In this document: one piece after another, positions 1 through 13,445 of the stretch
Layout of the letters: each line of letters opens with the position of its first letter
Numbering within the stretch: the stretch's first letter is position 1
Assembly: GCF_001194135.2 (NCBI RefSeq)
Contig: NC_069003.1
Span: forward strand, 19,996,049-20,060,048
DNA length: 64,000 nucleotides
Origin: Octopus bimaculoides
Lineage: Eukaryota
Direction of reading: 5' to 3'
Notes under the pieces: model-generated
What the model saw: only the letters and a program-made list of their open reading frames with translations
The model's database searches: none
What the model was told of the DNA's origin: nothing
Translations under genes and position numbers: made by a program

Positions 1-88
1 TTTCGAATGTGTCCTTTTTTTCTTTGGTTTGTTTAAAGATGGGTTCCAGAGCCTTTTTCCAGTTTTACAATTCACAGCATAAACTTAC

Positions 89-130
89 ATTTGTATGCCT
101 TAAGCTTTGAGACAAGTATATGACTAGCAG
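89..130 (-). CDS. Candidate 42-nt exon (LLVIYLSQSLRHTN)
   Basis: Acceptor TTCTTTTTCTCAATCCAG, donor GTAAGT. Confidence 0.3.
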
Positions 131-139
131 CTGGATTGA

Positions 140-400
140 GAAAAAGAACTCCTACAATGCAGGACCCCAACTGATGGATAGAGGAAGAGCTACAGCCTCT
201 AGATATAGGGGTTAGCAGTGAATATGGAAATAAGTTGTCCTGTACTAACCTCAAGCTATCCTTTTGGCAAGACATACCACCTAACAATCACTCTGTCTAG
301 AGTTACAAGTAAAGCCATAGGAAGCAGTATGGTAGATGCACAATCTCAGTGGAAGAGTATTCATAGTTAAATGCCAGTACTCACACAATGCTAGAGAGAC
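140..400 (-). mobile_element. Highly degraded CR1/L2-group RT fragment
   Basis: Decayed WH...SYG and GVPQG-region-like nucleotide patterns on the minus strand. Confidence 0.4.
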
Positions 401-1632
401 AAGACTCTGTGAGGCTGATGGCCAGAAACCATGATCACCAAATTCCTCAAGTACATTACTGCCAATACCTATAAATCTCAGCAACTATAAACATTATTAA
501 CTAATGAACGATTTTCTTTTTAATCCAAGCAAGTTCAACCATATGATGAAGGTGTGATTTGAGGGAGAACTGGTTGCTATCTCTAATGAATTGAACAACT
601 CTTTAGAGGGTCTTTCAATGAAGCAGTATTCTTATCCTGTATTTAAGGAATATTCCATACATTGTCTAGTGTGTCATTTATGCTTTTATTTTCAAGGTAG
701 GGTGCAATTTGAGGGACATTTGGCAGCTATTTCTAGCAGGTCATGCAAATTAATTAGAGACCACCTCTCAGAACAAGCCATAAGTCAACACCTCAGAACA
801 AGCCATAAGCCTTGTACTCTGGTCAGGGTTCAGAAAGTATACATAACAGGAAGGACAGCCAAAGCATGATTGTATATTTGGTTTTTCGTCCAATTGATAT
901 GAATTCAATGAAGAGGAAGCCAGAAAGTAAAAAGAAAATATTCTTCATTTTCAAGAATACACTCAATTCTTTTTCACTTTATTCATATTTTCCTTCTCCT
1001 CCTGATTTCTATAACAGTCATATTAAAAGCAGGTACATGGTACATTACAAGCCAACAAAGGAGTTGTCTCTACATGGTTGCTTAACCTGCAAGGAATAGC
1101 AACCAAATCTTACTCAAAGCACATCACCCTGTTGTCTTAAATAAGGAAGGGACACATCAGACAATATAATCTTAAACATAACCTGAAAAAAGATGGGATG
1201 GTCATAGCTGGAATGCCTTTGATTCATTGATCTACTTGATTCAGATTGACCTGGGGCTAAACAACAACAAATGATTGATTATCAGATACCATCAAAATTT
1301 CAAATTATGTGGACTGATTCTCAATATATGACACTGAAAAGTTGTTGAAGTGGTGGTTGTTGTAAGAGTCTATCTTATTTTCAGTTAGTCAAGCTCATCA
1401 ACATGGAATAACCTCAAGCCATAAAACAAATCAGAAAGCTCTATCGTCATTAGATAGGATTTGGGGAATGTCAGATGTAATTAAAGATACAACATTGGAC
1501 AGTTGTTAGTTGTTCAATGGGCTCTGGTTTGGACAAATAACTTCATTTCTAGAGAGAAGCAAGGGAAAGGGGAAACTGAGAAAGGGAGGGAGAGAGAGAG
1601 AGAGTTCTAAGAAGAAGAAAATTAAATCTTAC

Positions 1633-1677
1633 GTGTATTGTTTCGAAACAAATGAGGTCATCACAGTATTGAAAGAT
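1633..1677 (-). CDS. Candidate 45-nt exon (IFQYCDDLICFETIH)
   Basis: Acceptor AAGCAATTTGCTACAG, donor GTAAGA. Confidence 0.3.
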
Positions 1678-3669
1678 CTGTAGCAAATTGCTTAAAGCTT
1701 AAAATCATAATAATAATAAATATATAATTACATAAATAAATAACTGAAAGTACTTTACAAATTAAATAAAAACATGATCAAAGTCAAAAGACAAACACAG
1801 AAATCAAATCTTTAAAATTATCGCTATGCTAAAAAAAAAACAAAAAAAAATTATTTTAAAAAAAATGTAGCCTATCTAAATTAATCTGAAACATATGTTT
1901 TGGTTCATTTCACAAGATTCCTTACAGTGTTTTCACTTTTTTTTATATTTTATAAAGTTTTTAATACATTTTACAAGTTATTTTTTTTTTCTTTCATTTA
2001 TTGTCAAATTAAAGATCTTATTTACTTGTCATTGGGAACAAAAGTATATTCAGGTGAGAGATGGATGAAGATATGTACACACACACACAAACAAACAATC
2101 ATCACGCACACATCATCATCATTATTATCATAGTTTTAACATCCACTTTTCCATGCTTGCATGGGTCAGACAGAATTTGTTGAGCAGATTCTTTATGACT
2201 AGATGCTTTTCCTGTCATTAAACCGCACCTGTTTCCAGATTATGTAATACTTCCCCATGGCCAAACATGTTTCCACTGAATATTGGAAATGAAAGTCACC
2301 ACTTGTATGGCAGTGACACTCATTTACAACTATCACATAATGTCAAGGAAAGGAGATACAAAACACACACACACATACATGCGTTCATACGATAGGCTCA
2401 CAAAGCTTTTTTTTGGTCTCAAGCTATGGCTTAAGACACTTGCCCAAAGTTTTACAGTGGGACCAAACCTAGAATCATGTGGTTGGAAGCAAACTTTTTA
2501 CCACATTGCATGCCTGTACCCACTTTATGTATAATTATTATTTATATAATATTATAGTCTGACAGCTAATTAATGTTGATACTGAACGGTTTCATACCAG
2601 AATTAGAGAGAGAAATTTAGCAATCATTGGATATGGCTGAACAGAAAAGAATGGCCTGGGCTCTTTGCTATTGAAAATGTCACATCTAGTTTATGGGTCT
2701 GAGTTGTGAAAAACCACAACAAAATACATAGATGAAAGAACACAACTACAGGAAACAGAAGAGAAGAAAACTGGTTTTTAATTCCATTGGATTGGTATCT
2801 TTCAGTCAGATGGTGGGGAAGGAGAGTGAACTGCATGTTAGAATCCAGGCAGCAAAATTCCACCCCAGTTTTCTATTTGATTACAGGATAAGAAGGGTAA
2901 GGGTGAGGTAAAGAGGGTGAGACATGGATAAAGGTGGACAAGGGGACTGCCTGAATACACAACAATACATGAGGAAGAAACTCTGCTAATACTTAAATTC
3001 TTTTAGGAACTCTGATGATATTTCTTTTTCTGTGATTAATACTTTTCTTCCAGAGTCTTCTTGTCTTTCTCTTTTAGGTTTATCTTTTTTTAAAAATCTT
3101 CAAATGTATGGGCAAATAAGACAACATTTCCTTATACACAACTAAAACAGTCTATAAAATATTCATAACTATAATTGATTTTAACTATGACAGATATTTT
3201 CACAGGAAAGACGAAAATAATAATTGGAGTTGTTATTAATTTGTGTGTAAATTTAAACAACTTCCATATTTACCTTTCTTGCACTCATACACATCTAACA
3301 AACTATGACAAAATACAAAAGAGAAAAAAAGTGAAAATTTTGTGGAATGCCATCATATATCTTCCCTATTTTTGTTGAAATATTTCTTCCTCTGTCTTCA
3401 CAACAAAATAATATAGCCTAATTAATAAAGCCTGAATTGCTTCCTACTGATAAAATTGAAGTAAATCGAAATAGCTTTATATAAGTATTGAAGATTTAAT
3501 AGTTGAATATATATATAATAAGGACTACAGTTGAAACAAAAAGTAAAACAAAATAGAGAAGGTTCTTTCTCTATATCAGCTCATCATTATCTTTCCTCCA
3601 TAGGTATTTTTCACCTCACCTTTATTTGCCCTTGTATGGACAAATAAGACTTATAAAGGTTAAAAAAAT

Positions 3670-3890
3670 GTATGGACTATTGTCATCATATCTAGGCTAG
3701 TGCCTCTGCTGGTGCTCTTAGTCTTCTTGATGCAGTTCAAAAGCAAGTTTCAAACATTGCTGGTCCAGTTTTGGTAACCAAACTTCAGCCCTTGTCTATC
3801 ACCAAGATATTGCTTCTTTATGTTTTTCCCATAAATACTTTCATGGTTGTTGTTCAGCTGAACTTTCTTCCCTTCATTCTTCACCATTAA
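3670..3890 (+). mobile_element. CR1/L2-group LINE C-terminal fragment
   Basis: Frameshifted ASAGALSLLDAVQK...TKLQPL...KYFHGCCSAELSSL pattern. Confidence 0.65.
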
Positions 3891-4126
3891 TGTCCCCTTC
3901 TTGTATGAAATGTTTCTACTCTAGTACTTACTTCTCTCAAATTTCTGTCTCATTGAAATCTCTTCCTTATTTCCTTGGTTGATAATAATCCTAATTCTTT
4001 TATTCTTTTAAATCTTGTGTTGATCATCTTATAGTTTTTAGGACAGTTTCTCACTAGTTTTTCCCTTTTCTTCTGTAACTCCCCTCAAAAAACTAAGGCC
4101 CATTTTAAAACTGGTTACTTGCCACC

Positions 4127-4127
<1 letters not shown>

Positions 4128-4168
<41 letters not shown>

Positions 4169-4170
4169 AC

Positions 4171-4207
<37 letters not shown>
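4128..4207. repeat. (AC)n/(AT)n compound microsatellite; many others in the window (e.g. 7506, 15492, 15806, 23255, 25660, 26131, 27340, 29036, 59848)
   Basis: Direct inspection. Confidence 0.95.
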
Positions 4208-4600
4208 TATCATCATCGTTTAACGCCTGCTTTCCATGCTAGCATGGGTTGGACGATTTGACTGAGGACTGGCGAACCAGATGGCTGCACCAGGCTCCAA
4301 TCTGATCTGGCAGAGTTTCTACAGCTGGATGCCCTTTCTAACGCCAACCACTCCGAGAGAGTAGTGGGTGCTTTTACGTGCCACCGGCACAAGGGCCAGT
4401 CAGGTCGTACTGGCAACAGCCACGTTCAAGTGGTGTTTTTTATGTGCCACCTGCACAAGAGCCAGTCCAGCGGCCCTGGCAATGACCTTGCTCGAATGTT
4501 TTTTCACGTGCCACTGGCACAAGTGCCAGTAAGGTGATACTGGTAACGATCACGTTCGAATGGTGTTTTTTACGTGTCACCGGCATGGAAGCCACTCAGC
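4208..4600 (-). mobile_element. RTE 3' UTR copy (LINE end or non-autonomous derivative)
   Basis: High similarity to the reverse complement of 33700-33997. Related copies at 7336-7500, 19975-20200 and 43440-43765; shorter tail copies at about 2120, 9200, 26400, 28810, 32460, 38960, 46420, 49150 and 50110. Confidence 0.85.
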
Positions 4601-6262
4601 TGCTACATGTACATGCATTTGTTGGTACAAGTTATGTACCAATAAATTTACACAAAAACCTAGAAATACTCGATTTCATGGAGAAAGAAACTGACTTGGA
4701 TTCTCTAAATCCAATCTATTCATAGCACAGTGAAGATTTGTAAGACATTCCAAAAATTTTCCATCAGATTCTCATGTGAATAGACAACAAAACCACATAT
4801 TTACAAATGCCAGGAACTCTTAACTCAAAATGCCTTGTCACTTTATTAGCAACTGGCTTGAACTCTCTCAAGAAGAACTTAAATAAAACTCAAAGGAAAA
4901 ACATATATATTTGAAGATTAAATATAAAAAATTACTCCAGCACTTGAGCTTTGTGGTATACACTTGACAAACTGGATCTGCTATAAAAACAGTTCTCTAA
5001 TTCTACACTTTAGCAGTCCAGATCTACCAGCAGATAATATCAAAGATATTCCAATCCTGAGCATTCTGTCTTTTTTATTTTTTTATATATTGTCAATGTA
5101 ACTAAGAGCACATTATCAGTAATGTATGATTTGAAGAAAATTTGGTTGCTATTTCTGGCAGGTCAAGGAAATGCATAGTGGCTCTCTTATTGGCCCTATT
5201 AACTACGTATTTCAGTTAATTTTTAAAACAGCTAAGAATTTAGAGTAGGGTAGTTTATAAAATTTTTAAAAAATTTGACGTCATTAAGTTGGTGTTCAGA
5301 TCATAACTAAACATTTAGTTCTTAAACAAACTGTAATGGAAGGTTTTAATTTAAATACATGTTTTAAAATAGACAGTTGTGTATTGTATAATTCAAAATG
5401 GTCCCAGGTTGGTACCAATAGAATTTTAAGATATAAGATTTGTTGGACTTCATTATCCAAAATCTTCCTAATGCATCTGTGCATCAACTGTCTTAAATCA
5501 CATCTTAACATAGACAAGATATGATTTAAGATAGTTGATCAGCAGATGCATTATAGCATCAAATAAAATGCATTGCAATATTTGTTCCAGCTGTATGTGC
5601 TCTAAGTTCAAATCTCTCCAAGTCAACTTTGCTTTTCATCCTTTCAGGGTTGAAAAAATTCTGACTGATGGCCATAGTTTAGTTTAGAACATGATTAGAG
5701 AAAGATATACCCAAGGCTGGTTTTAGAGACAATTAGACAAACTTGTTCAAATTGGGCCCCATGCCAAGAGAGGGCCCTGCACACACACACACACCTGAGC
5801 AGAGGATGCTTTGATGAATTTTTAGAATATCACTGTAGCTAATGGTGGAGCCACAACCCTTCGATGTTTTTTGGCTAGAATTGGTGTACTACATGAAGCA
5901 TAAAACATTAATCTTCAGCTTTTGCAGAGTAAAGGGCCCCACTGACAATTCTCTAACTGGGCCCCACACTTCCTAGTGTGGATATACTTGATGTTTGTAG
6001 TAGATCAAGCAACTACCTAGCAGTTCCTGTTGATTTAGTTATCACATTATTGTAAACATATGGTACTTTGTCAAATATTGTTTTAGATCATCTTTTTTTC
6101 TGTTTTACATTCATCTCATCATTATCACCAAAATATGGCTGAGAACAAGATAAGACAAGACAAAGCAAAGATGAATATAATTCAATCTAAATGAGGTTGG
6201 CATAGAATTGGTTATTTAAAAGAGGTCAAATGGAAGAGAATCATAAGTTGTAGAAAACTCAC

Positions 6263-6292
6263 ATATGAAACATCAAAAAACAAAGAAATAAT
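6263..6292 (-). CDS. Candidate 30-nt exon (IISLFFDVSY)
   Basis: Acceptor TTTTTGTTTTTGCTTTAG, donor GTGAGT. Confidence 0.3.
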
Positions 6293-7502
6293 CTAAAGCA
6301 AAAACAAAAATGTAACACAAACAATGTTATAGTTATTATAAAGAAAGTATTGATTTAACATTTGCAATATTTTACTGCAAATGGAAATTAGCATAAATAC
6401 AGAAAAATCCAAATGAGACAAGTCTTTTTGCTGGACTTGTTGGTAACAAGTGTGTGTGTGTACATTTGGGGACTGTATGCATAAATGTGTGTATATGTAG
6501 ACAGCATGTGTGTGCATATGTTGATGGAGTGTGTGTGTAAATGTGAATTTATATTTGTCTACATGCAAACAAGCAATCATGTGTATGTCTCTGAGTACGC
6601 AAACAATATTCATTATGTAGCCATATGAAAGGAAAGAGATGTTTTGACAGACATCCTTTTCCTTAAAGCTATTAGTAATGTGATTTATGTAGATTCATGT
6701 GCAAGCAGTGCATGTTTCCACATACGTGTTAGTATGTATTTACATGAGAATATACATACACACTCATGTGCATATACAAATCTACATGCATACATGCGCG
6801 TGTGTGCACGCACGCACACACGCACACAGGGTAGGTCAAAAGTCATGCAATAAAACATTCGACATTGTTACTATTTGTTTTGTTTGTATATATACAAAAC
6901 ATAGTTTGCATGTTTGTGTGTGTGTGCACGCATGTTCCTTACGGATTTGAAAACTAAGTTGCCAATTTTGACATATGAGGTATCAAAAGATTCAGTAATC
7001 TTTTGGCTATCAAATAAAGTATGTTTTTTGCACAACAGCTATTTTTTTACTGCAAAACTAACCTCAAAAACGAGGTTGGGTCACACAATTTTGAGGTCTT
7101 TAGCTAAGGGAGGCAACTCTGCCTGAACAATCTTTATGTCTTAGATAAAGCATAATGAGATGTTTAAAATACATGGAGTTTTACCAGGGAGTGAAACTTT
7201 GAAGATATACTGCCAACTTTATTAGTATTGCAGCGTGGAAGGTGTTTATAAACCATTTAAAAAACACAAAAACCGTTAGATTCACTTCAACATTTAAATT
7301 TAATTTGCCAAAATATTTTCGTTGCTTTGAGACCGTAGTGTAGTGGGTGCTTTTACGTGTCACCGGCACGAAGGCCAGTCAGGCGGTACTGGCAACGGCC
7401 GCGCTCAAAATGGTGCACAGGAGCCAGTCCAGCGGCACTGGCAACGATCTCACTTGAATGTATTTACACGTGCCAGGAAGGCACTTGTGCCAGTGGCACA
7501 TG

Positions 7503-7541
<39 letters not shown>

Positions 7542-7546
7542 TAAAA

Positions 7547-7684
7547 CATGCTATTTCCAGTTTTGCAGGCCCCTAATGAGAACCCAACTCCTTCAGGCTT
7601 CTGGAATGACCAAGCCATTTGGCCATTCCAGAAGCTGAAGGAGTCGGGCTCCAATTAGGGGCCTGCAAATCTTGAAGTAGCATG
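7547..7684. other. Long imperfect hairpin (~65-bp arms, 7-nt loop)
   Basis: 7547-7612 is the reverse complement of 7620-7684 at roughly 85% identity. Confidence 0.9.
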
Positions 7685-7879
7685 GAACCAAACCAAACAG
7701 TTTTTAAATGATACATTTAACTCTTACTAAATGTGTTGAATGCCCTTTTCTTTTATTTGTCCACTCATGTATGTGTGTGTATTCTTACCCTACTTTTGTC
7801 AAATTACTAAATATTTTTGTCATAAAAGAAGTCACTGACCAATGTTCTGTAAGTGGAATTTAGTAGACTGAGTATATTA

Positions 7880-8170
7880 GGAATCAGATGTAGTGTACAA
7901 AAGAGAGAGAGATGACACTAGTTAATATGGAGATGCATGATGAATGAATAATGACAGATGGGTAAAGAAATGCTAGGGGATTTAAGTAAATGAAACTGTT
8001 GAAGAGGAAGACAAAGATAGAATAGACAGAAATGTTGAAAGCTGATTTCCGGATAGTGAAACTCACAAAGGAGATGAAAATAAACATGACAAATGGTGAA
8101 GTGGTGTGTTAGAGAGGATCCATATCCATTTAATCCATGCAAGCATGGAAAAGTAGTTGTAAAAATGAAG
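7880..8170 (+). mobile_element. Degraded RTE LINE 3' end
   Basis: Decayed MNDDRWVKKC-like sequence followed by the shared CCATGCAAGCATGGAAAAG tail. Confidence 0.55.
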
Positions 8171-11100
8171 ACCATTTGTCAAAGCATATATATATTAGTT
8201 TCCAATTTTGGTACAAAGCCAACAATTTCAGGGGAGTAGTAAGATGATTATATTGACTCCAGTGCCCAACTAGTACTTACTCAGAACATAAAGTCAGAAG
8301 AAATGCAACTTAGCAATTTTTCCAGCACAGTAATGATTCTGCCAGCTTGCCAAAGCATATATATTAGAATATCGGTTTTAGTAGCATCCCTTAATTCTTT
8401 AAGTCCTAAGATTTATTCCACTCTTTCAGTTTTTACAAGATATTTTACAATTATTATTCCACAGTTCTTCTAAACTCACTTCTTAATGAGTTCTAAATAT
8501 TAATTTATTCATCCATTCTATATCTAACTCCAAAAGTGGCAGATCATTTTGCTTTTTTTTTGCTTTTTTAATACAACATTCACACATTAGATACTCAGTT
8601 GGAACATAATTGCCAAATAAAATTTAAACAATTATATATGAATAAACTGTTTATGTCCTTTAAGAATAATTACTTTACATTAGAAACATTTCTTTTAACA
8701 TTATTACTGCAATTTTGACATTTCTTTAAAACTTGCATATTCATAAACTAGAATTTGTTTTGGTTTATTATTTTTCTTTAAATTCAATATAGCTTTCTTA
8801 TATCTTTTTTTTTTTTTTTGTTTTTCTATTCTCTGCTAACATATGTTCAAATAATTCAGATAATTCAACTATCATCCTGGAAAGAGTTTTAGAAATTGTT
8901 AGAACATATTCCATACTGATGTGGGTTGGACAAGAACAAATGAGCCAGAGAACTACATTAAGCTCTTATGTCTACTTTGGCATGGTTTCTACAGCTGGAC
9001 ACTCTTCCTAATACCTACCACTTTACAAATTATATCGGGTGCTTATTCATGATGCTGACCAAATAACTTCGAAGATAAAAAAAAAGACTCCTCAGTTGAG
9101 TGATATTGTAGTGGAGACAGAAGTGGCTTTATGCCTGGTGTTGTTGCAAGGTGAAAGTATAATAGAGAGGCAGACAAAAGAGGTGCATGTGTGAGTGTGT
9201 GTCAAGTTTTCCATGCTTGCATGGATCAGACAGAATTTGTTGAAGTAGATTTTCTACAGACAGATGCCCTTCCTGTCACTAACTACCACCTGTTTCCCAA
9301 GAAGGTAACCTTTCCCCCATGACCAGACATGGTTTTGCAGAATATTGAAAATGAATGAAACTGCATATATGACAATGAAGCTCATTTGCTACTGTTATAC
9401 ATTGTCAAACCAAGAAGGCCACCCACAAATTGTGAAATAGTAGTGATATCTATTTTGATTTAGGGAAAAAATGCTTCACAAATCAAATGGCATACGTGTA
9501 ATACATTGGTGAAATTACTATTGCTTGTTTTTAATTCCCTAACCACAAACACAAACTATGCAGATGATATCACAAAAACACAGCTGTGATTCTTACACAG
9601 TCTAAGCACATTTAATCAGACTTGCAAAGCCAGTGAGGGAGACTCTGCATGTTCACACAACCAACAAGAAACAGCAAAATCTTCCCTCAAACTGAACCCT
9701 ACCATCATAATAAAAGAATACATTGTGAAATGGATGTGGTGGTCACTGCTGAAATTACTTTTTAGCATAGGTCACCAGCTAGCAAAAATTAGTACCTGTA
9801 ATTCAATACTTATTTTTTAAAGCCTGTTACTTACTGTATTAATCTCTTTTACTAAACCACTAATTTATGGGGGACACACAGACACAAAGGCATGCACATA
9901 TGACAGGCTTCTTTCAGCTTCCATCTACTAAATCCATTCATAAGGCTTTTACTGGTCTGAGGCTTTAGTGGAAAACACTTGCCCAAGGTGCCACATAGTG
10001 GGACTGAACCTACAACCATGTAGTTGAGAAGCAAGCTCCTTACCACACAGCTATGCTTGCACCTATATGTTTTCATTTTTTCTCTATAAAAAGATACAAT
10101 GTAATTGGAGAGTGATTTAGGGTTGTATTTCTAGTAAGTCATGTGACCACACAGAGGCTCTATCTATTACTCATTGAGACTTCGTATATGCAATGTTGGT
10201 GAATGTTTAATATATATTTCTTTCTTACCATAACAATCTTGTAATGTTACTGTATTATGTGATATCAGTAAAACACCTCCAGAACAGAACACATTTATTA
10301 TATATGTACAGTTTAATTAATAAATGCCATCTTAAATCCTGCAGGAGTTGCCAATACATAAATCTTCAGCCATGTAATTTAATATATTCCACATCAACAC
10401 CAGCTTAACTGATTTGTAAGATAAATCAGATAGAACTAGTTTTCACATATATTCTAAATTTCAACAACCTCTCTCTCTTTATATATCTATATAATGTGTT
10501 ACATTAGTTTTCTCATTAATATACCCAATACTAATTTCAACATTTGCTTACCATGTTCTGCTTATTGTCTGTCAAGTTAAATGCTAACCTTTTTACTTAT
10601 TTATAAAGCAGTAGCATAGCTCATGTGTGTCCAACAAGTTAGACAATTTGAAGTGTATTCATAAGCAAAAGTCTTTCAGACAAGAATTAGGCAAAGTTGT
10701 TCAGTATTGAATAGAATACCATTTGGTATTTGTTCAGACTCTCTTTGCTCTGAGTTCAAACCCTGCCTAAGTCAACAATGCTATTCAATCTTTCAGAGTT
10801 GATAAAAAAAAAAAAAAAGAATAGTACCATTCCAGGAAGGCAAATTGGCAGGGATCTAAGAATATCACATCAAATGCTTCGCAATATTTGTTCCAACTCT
10901 TTGCATTCTGAGTTCAAATCCTGCCATGAGTGGTTGACTTAATCTGTCAGCTGCTTTAGCAATGCTACCTGGCTCTTGGGCAGGTATCTTTAGTAAAGTC
11001 CACTCTGTTGCAAGCATTTGGACCAGTCTAGTGGTTGTTAGGCTTTCAACAGAAGTCATCAACTCTGACGTGAGAACAGTATATGTTTACACCCAGAAAA

Positions 11101-11349
11101 GAGCACATTTGAAGCACTGTACTAGATAAGCCAGACTAACCTGTCACCACCCACCTCAACACAATAGCCCATTCCATTTCCCAATTATCAGTGGGCTGCA
11201 TATTCACTTATCATAGATTAACACATTCAAGGGAACAGAAGGAACATTTCATATTCAAACTTGAAACCATGGTATTGATGGGTTTAAATTAGTTTTCCTT
11301 CTACTACTACACCTCTTAGTTCACTAATCCCATTCTTATCTTTCAGCTC

Positions 11350-11414
11350 TGTCGTGCATGGGAAATGAAAAGAGGTTCACCTACCTTCCTCTCTCATCTG
11401 CACATATCTAGTAG
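11350..11414 (-). repeat. Truncated 3' LTR (~65 bp retained)
   Basis: Matches 13446-13505 with about 6 substitutions and a 5-bp indel, then joins directly to integrase sequence, so the PPT and integrase core are deleted. Confidence 0.8.
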
Positions 11415-12632
11415 AGATATGTCCCCTGCCAGTAATGTGTTACACCCACTGCTAATGGTCTCCAGTTGTGCTCTACTGAAACGTTTCCCTGCTCGGGCAC
11501 ACCAGGAGCAGGGTCGATGTATTGACACCTGTCACAGTTCCCGATCACCTTCTGGATGCTCCGTCTGGTAATGTCAGCATCAATTCTCCTGGCAACTGCA
11601 CACCGTATGCAGCCAGCCACCCTGTGATTGAGTAGTGACCTACTAACATCCCGCACATTGAGAACAGTTCTCACCGGCTGATGTTGGTACCCAGCTCCAG
11701 GATCTCATTCCTCCTACGAAACACCAACTTGCCTGTTTTGTCTCTCTGAATCTTAAGCCCCAGTGCAGCTCCTCCAGCCATTGGTTCCAGTGGCTTTGCA
11801 ATCAACCCAAATTTCTTCAAATGTCTCACAACCTCTGTGGCAGGCACTACGGTCTCATCCACTAGGATGTCATCTACATAGGAACTGGTGACCCTTCTTA
11901 TCCTATCCACCTTTCCCACGATACATGACACAATACATGGCCATTCATCTCCCGAAAGTCCAGTACTGGTCTAACTTTGCCTTTTGCTGGCTGCACCACT
12001 GCCATTTGAGGTAGCACTCTGCTCGCCACCTCCTCTTTCCATGGGATAGGGACACATTCCTTAATCCACTTCTCTACCTCTTCTTCAGACTTGCCCCTGG
12101 CTTTCCCCTTCAGGGTATGCTGGTAGCAGCTCACCTTGTTATTCAGCATCGGGGGTCCCTCTTTCCAGCGCCACTCTATTGTCCATCGCTGACCATCGAA
12201 AGCCACCCGAAAATTCCTGTCTTCAATGGTGTAAGCAGTACAGCTCCTCGCAGGGCTCTGCTCCTGCTCACATTCCTGACTTACGGCATACAATACCTCC
12301 ACAACACCAAACAAAACCACGTTTCCTCCAACACGGACACCTCTAAGGCAGTCAATTGTGTCCATCCCCATTACCATGTCGATCCTGTCTACCATGTGGT
12401 TGATCACAATCAACCAAAGCCTTAGCACTGTGCCTCACACCACTATATCAACATCACTGCTACCCTTGCATTCGATTTCGCTGCTATCAACTGCCCGAAC
12501 GCTACTCGTCCCCTTCCATTTCTTTGTCACCTTCAGGGTCACGAGAGTCGTCATGCAACCCATGTCCACGAGGGCCTTGAATGTGCTTCCTCTGACCACG
12601 ACCTCAACTACAGGCAGTGACTTCACCAACAC
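11412..12632 (-). pseudogene. pol remnant (protease, partial RT, integrase zinc finger)
   Basis: Protease-like ALVDMGC; RT KVRPVLDFREMN and SSYVDDILV; integrase CDRCQYIDPAP. No RNase H or integrase core is recognisable. Confidence 0.8.
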
Positions 12633-12639
12633 CTCTACT

Positions 12640-13400
12640 CGTTCGTGGGGGAAGTTTGAGAGGCAAAAACTTCTCCATGGCCTTTTCCTTGGTTACAATT
12701 TCGGCCAATATGCCCAGTCTTTTGCACTGGTAGCAAACCGGTCCAGGCACCACAAGGTCCCTCACCATGTGCGGTCCTTGGCATTTAAAACACCATCCTG
12801 TGAACAGCTGCCGTTGTTCCACAGCAGGCCTCTTTTTGTCCTTCACCAGCCATCGTGCAGATTTGTGGGCTTCTGCAGCCGCCATCACCACTGCCTTCTG
12901 CCTGGTGTTTTGTGTCAACATGCGGGCTTGAACAATGGGCTCGCTCATCACCATTTTGTTGCCACCTGGCATCTGTTGTAGTTGCACCAACAAATCATCG
13001 GGAAAGCCGTTCACAAAAGTCAGTCATGCTATCTTCTCAAGTCCCTCACTGGTAAGACCACACAACACATCAGCCTGCATACCTCCACAGCATATTCATC
13101 AACCTGTTCCCCTCTCCATCTGATTGTTCCTAGCTTAGCCAAAGTGGCATACTCTCCATCTGGGTAAGCTTCTCTCAAATGCTGCTCGATCTTCGCTGCA
13201 CTCAGCTGATCTTCTTCATCCATTTCGAGGTACAGTGCCAGCGCACTCCCCTCCAAATACAGGGCCATGAGGCTCACTACATCTTCGATGCCTTGTAGCC
13301 TGGCCACAACTTTGACCTTTCAAATCCAGGCTACTACATCACCTTCGCCATAGAAAGGTCTGATGACATCACTGCCGATCCTTATCTTCGCTGCCATCAT
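12640..13400 (-). pseudogene. gag remnant
   Basis: MMAAKIRIGSDVIRPFYGEGDVVAWI*KVKVVARLQGIEDVVSLMALYLEGSALALYLEM..., with zinc-knuckle-like CFKCQGPH and CYQC; stops and frameshifts present. Confidence 0.75.
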
Positions 13401-13433
13401 ATATCAAGGGGACAACGATATCTGTATACAATT

Positions 13434-13445
13434 GCCGAAATAGCT
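13434..13445 (-). promoter_or_regulatory. Atypical primer-binding site complementary to tRNA-Phe(GAA) nt 1-12
   Basis: Plus strand GCCGAAATAGCT directly abuts the LTR. This equals the first 12 nt of metazoan tRNA-Phe(GAA), GCCGAAATAGCTCAG..., as recalled. Confidence 0.7.

Noticed and set aside
3932-4075. Minus-strand GTAAGT donor with a K/R-rich frame
   Set aside because: In-frame stop and no convincing acceptor.
7305-7335. Possible 3' half of a hammerhead (GAAA-ATATT-T) on the minus strand
   Set aside because: The CUGANGA half is absent, cut off by the adjacent RTE-derived repeat; cannot be supported.
8841-8876. Candidate exon MIVELSELFEH and a second VELSELF near 15900
   Set aside because: The phase does not fit the frame-0 series, and the second copy is bounded by stops; probably coincidence.
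13433-13440. Canonical tRNA-Phe 3' end PBS (TGCCGAAA)
   Set aside because: It is on the wrong strand, lacks TGG and matches only 8 nt; it follows from acceptor-stem symmetry. The 5' end match is 12 nt.
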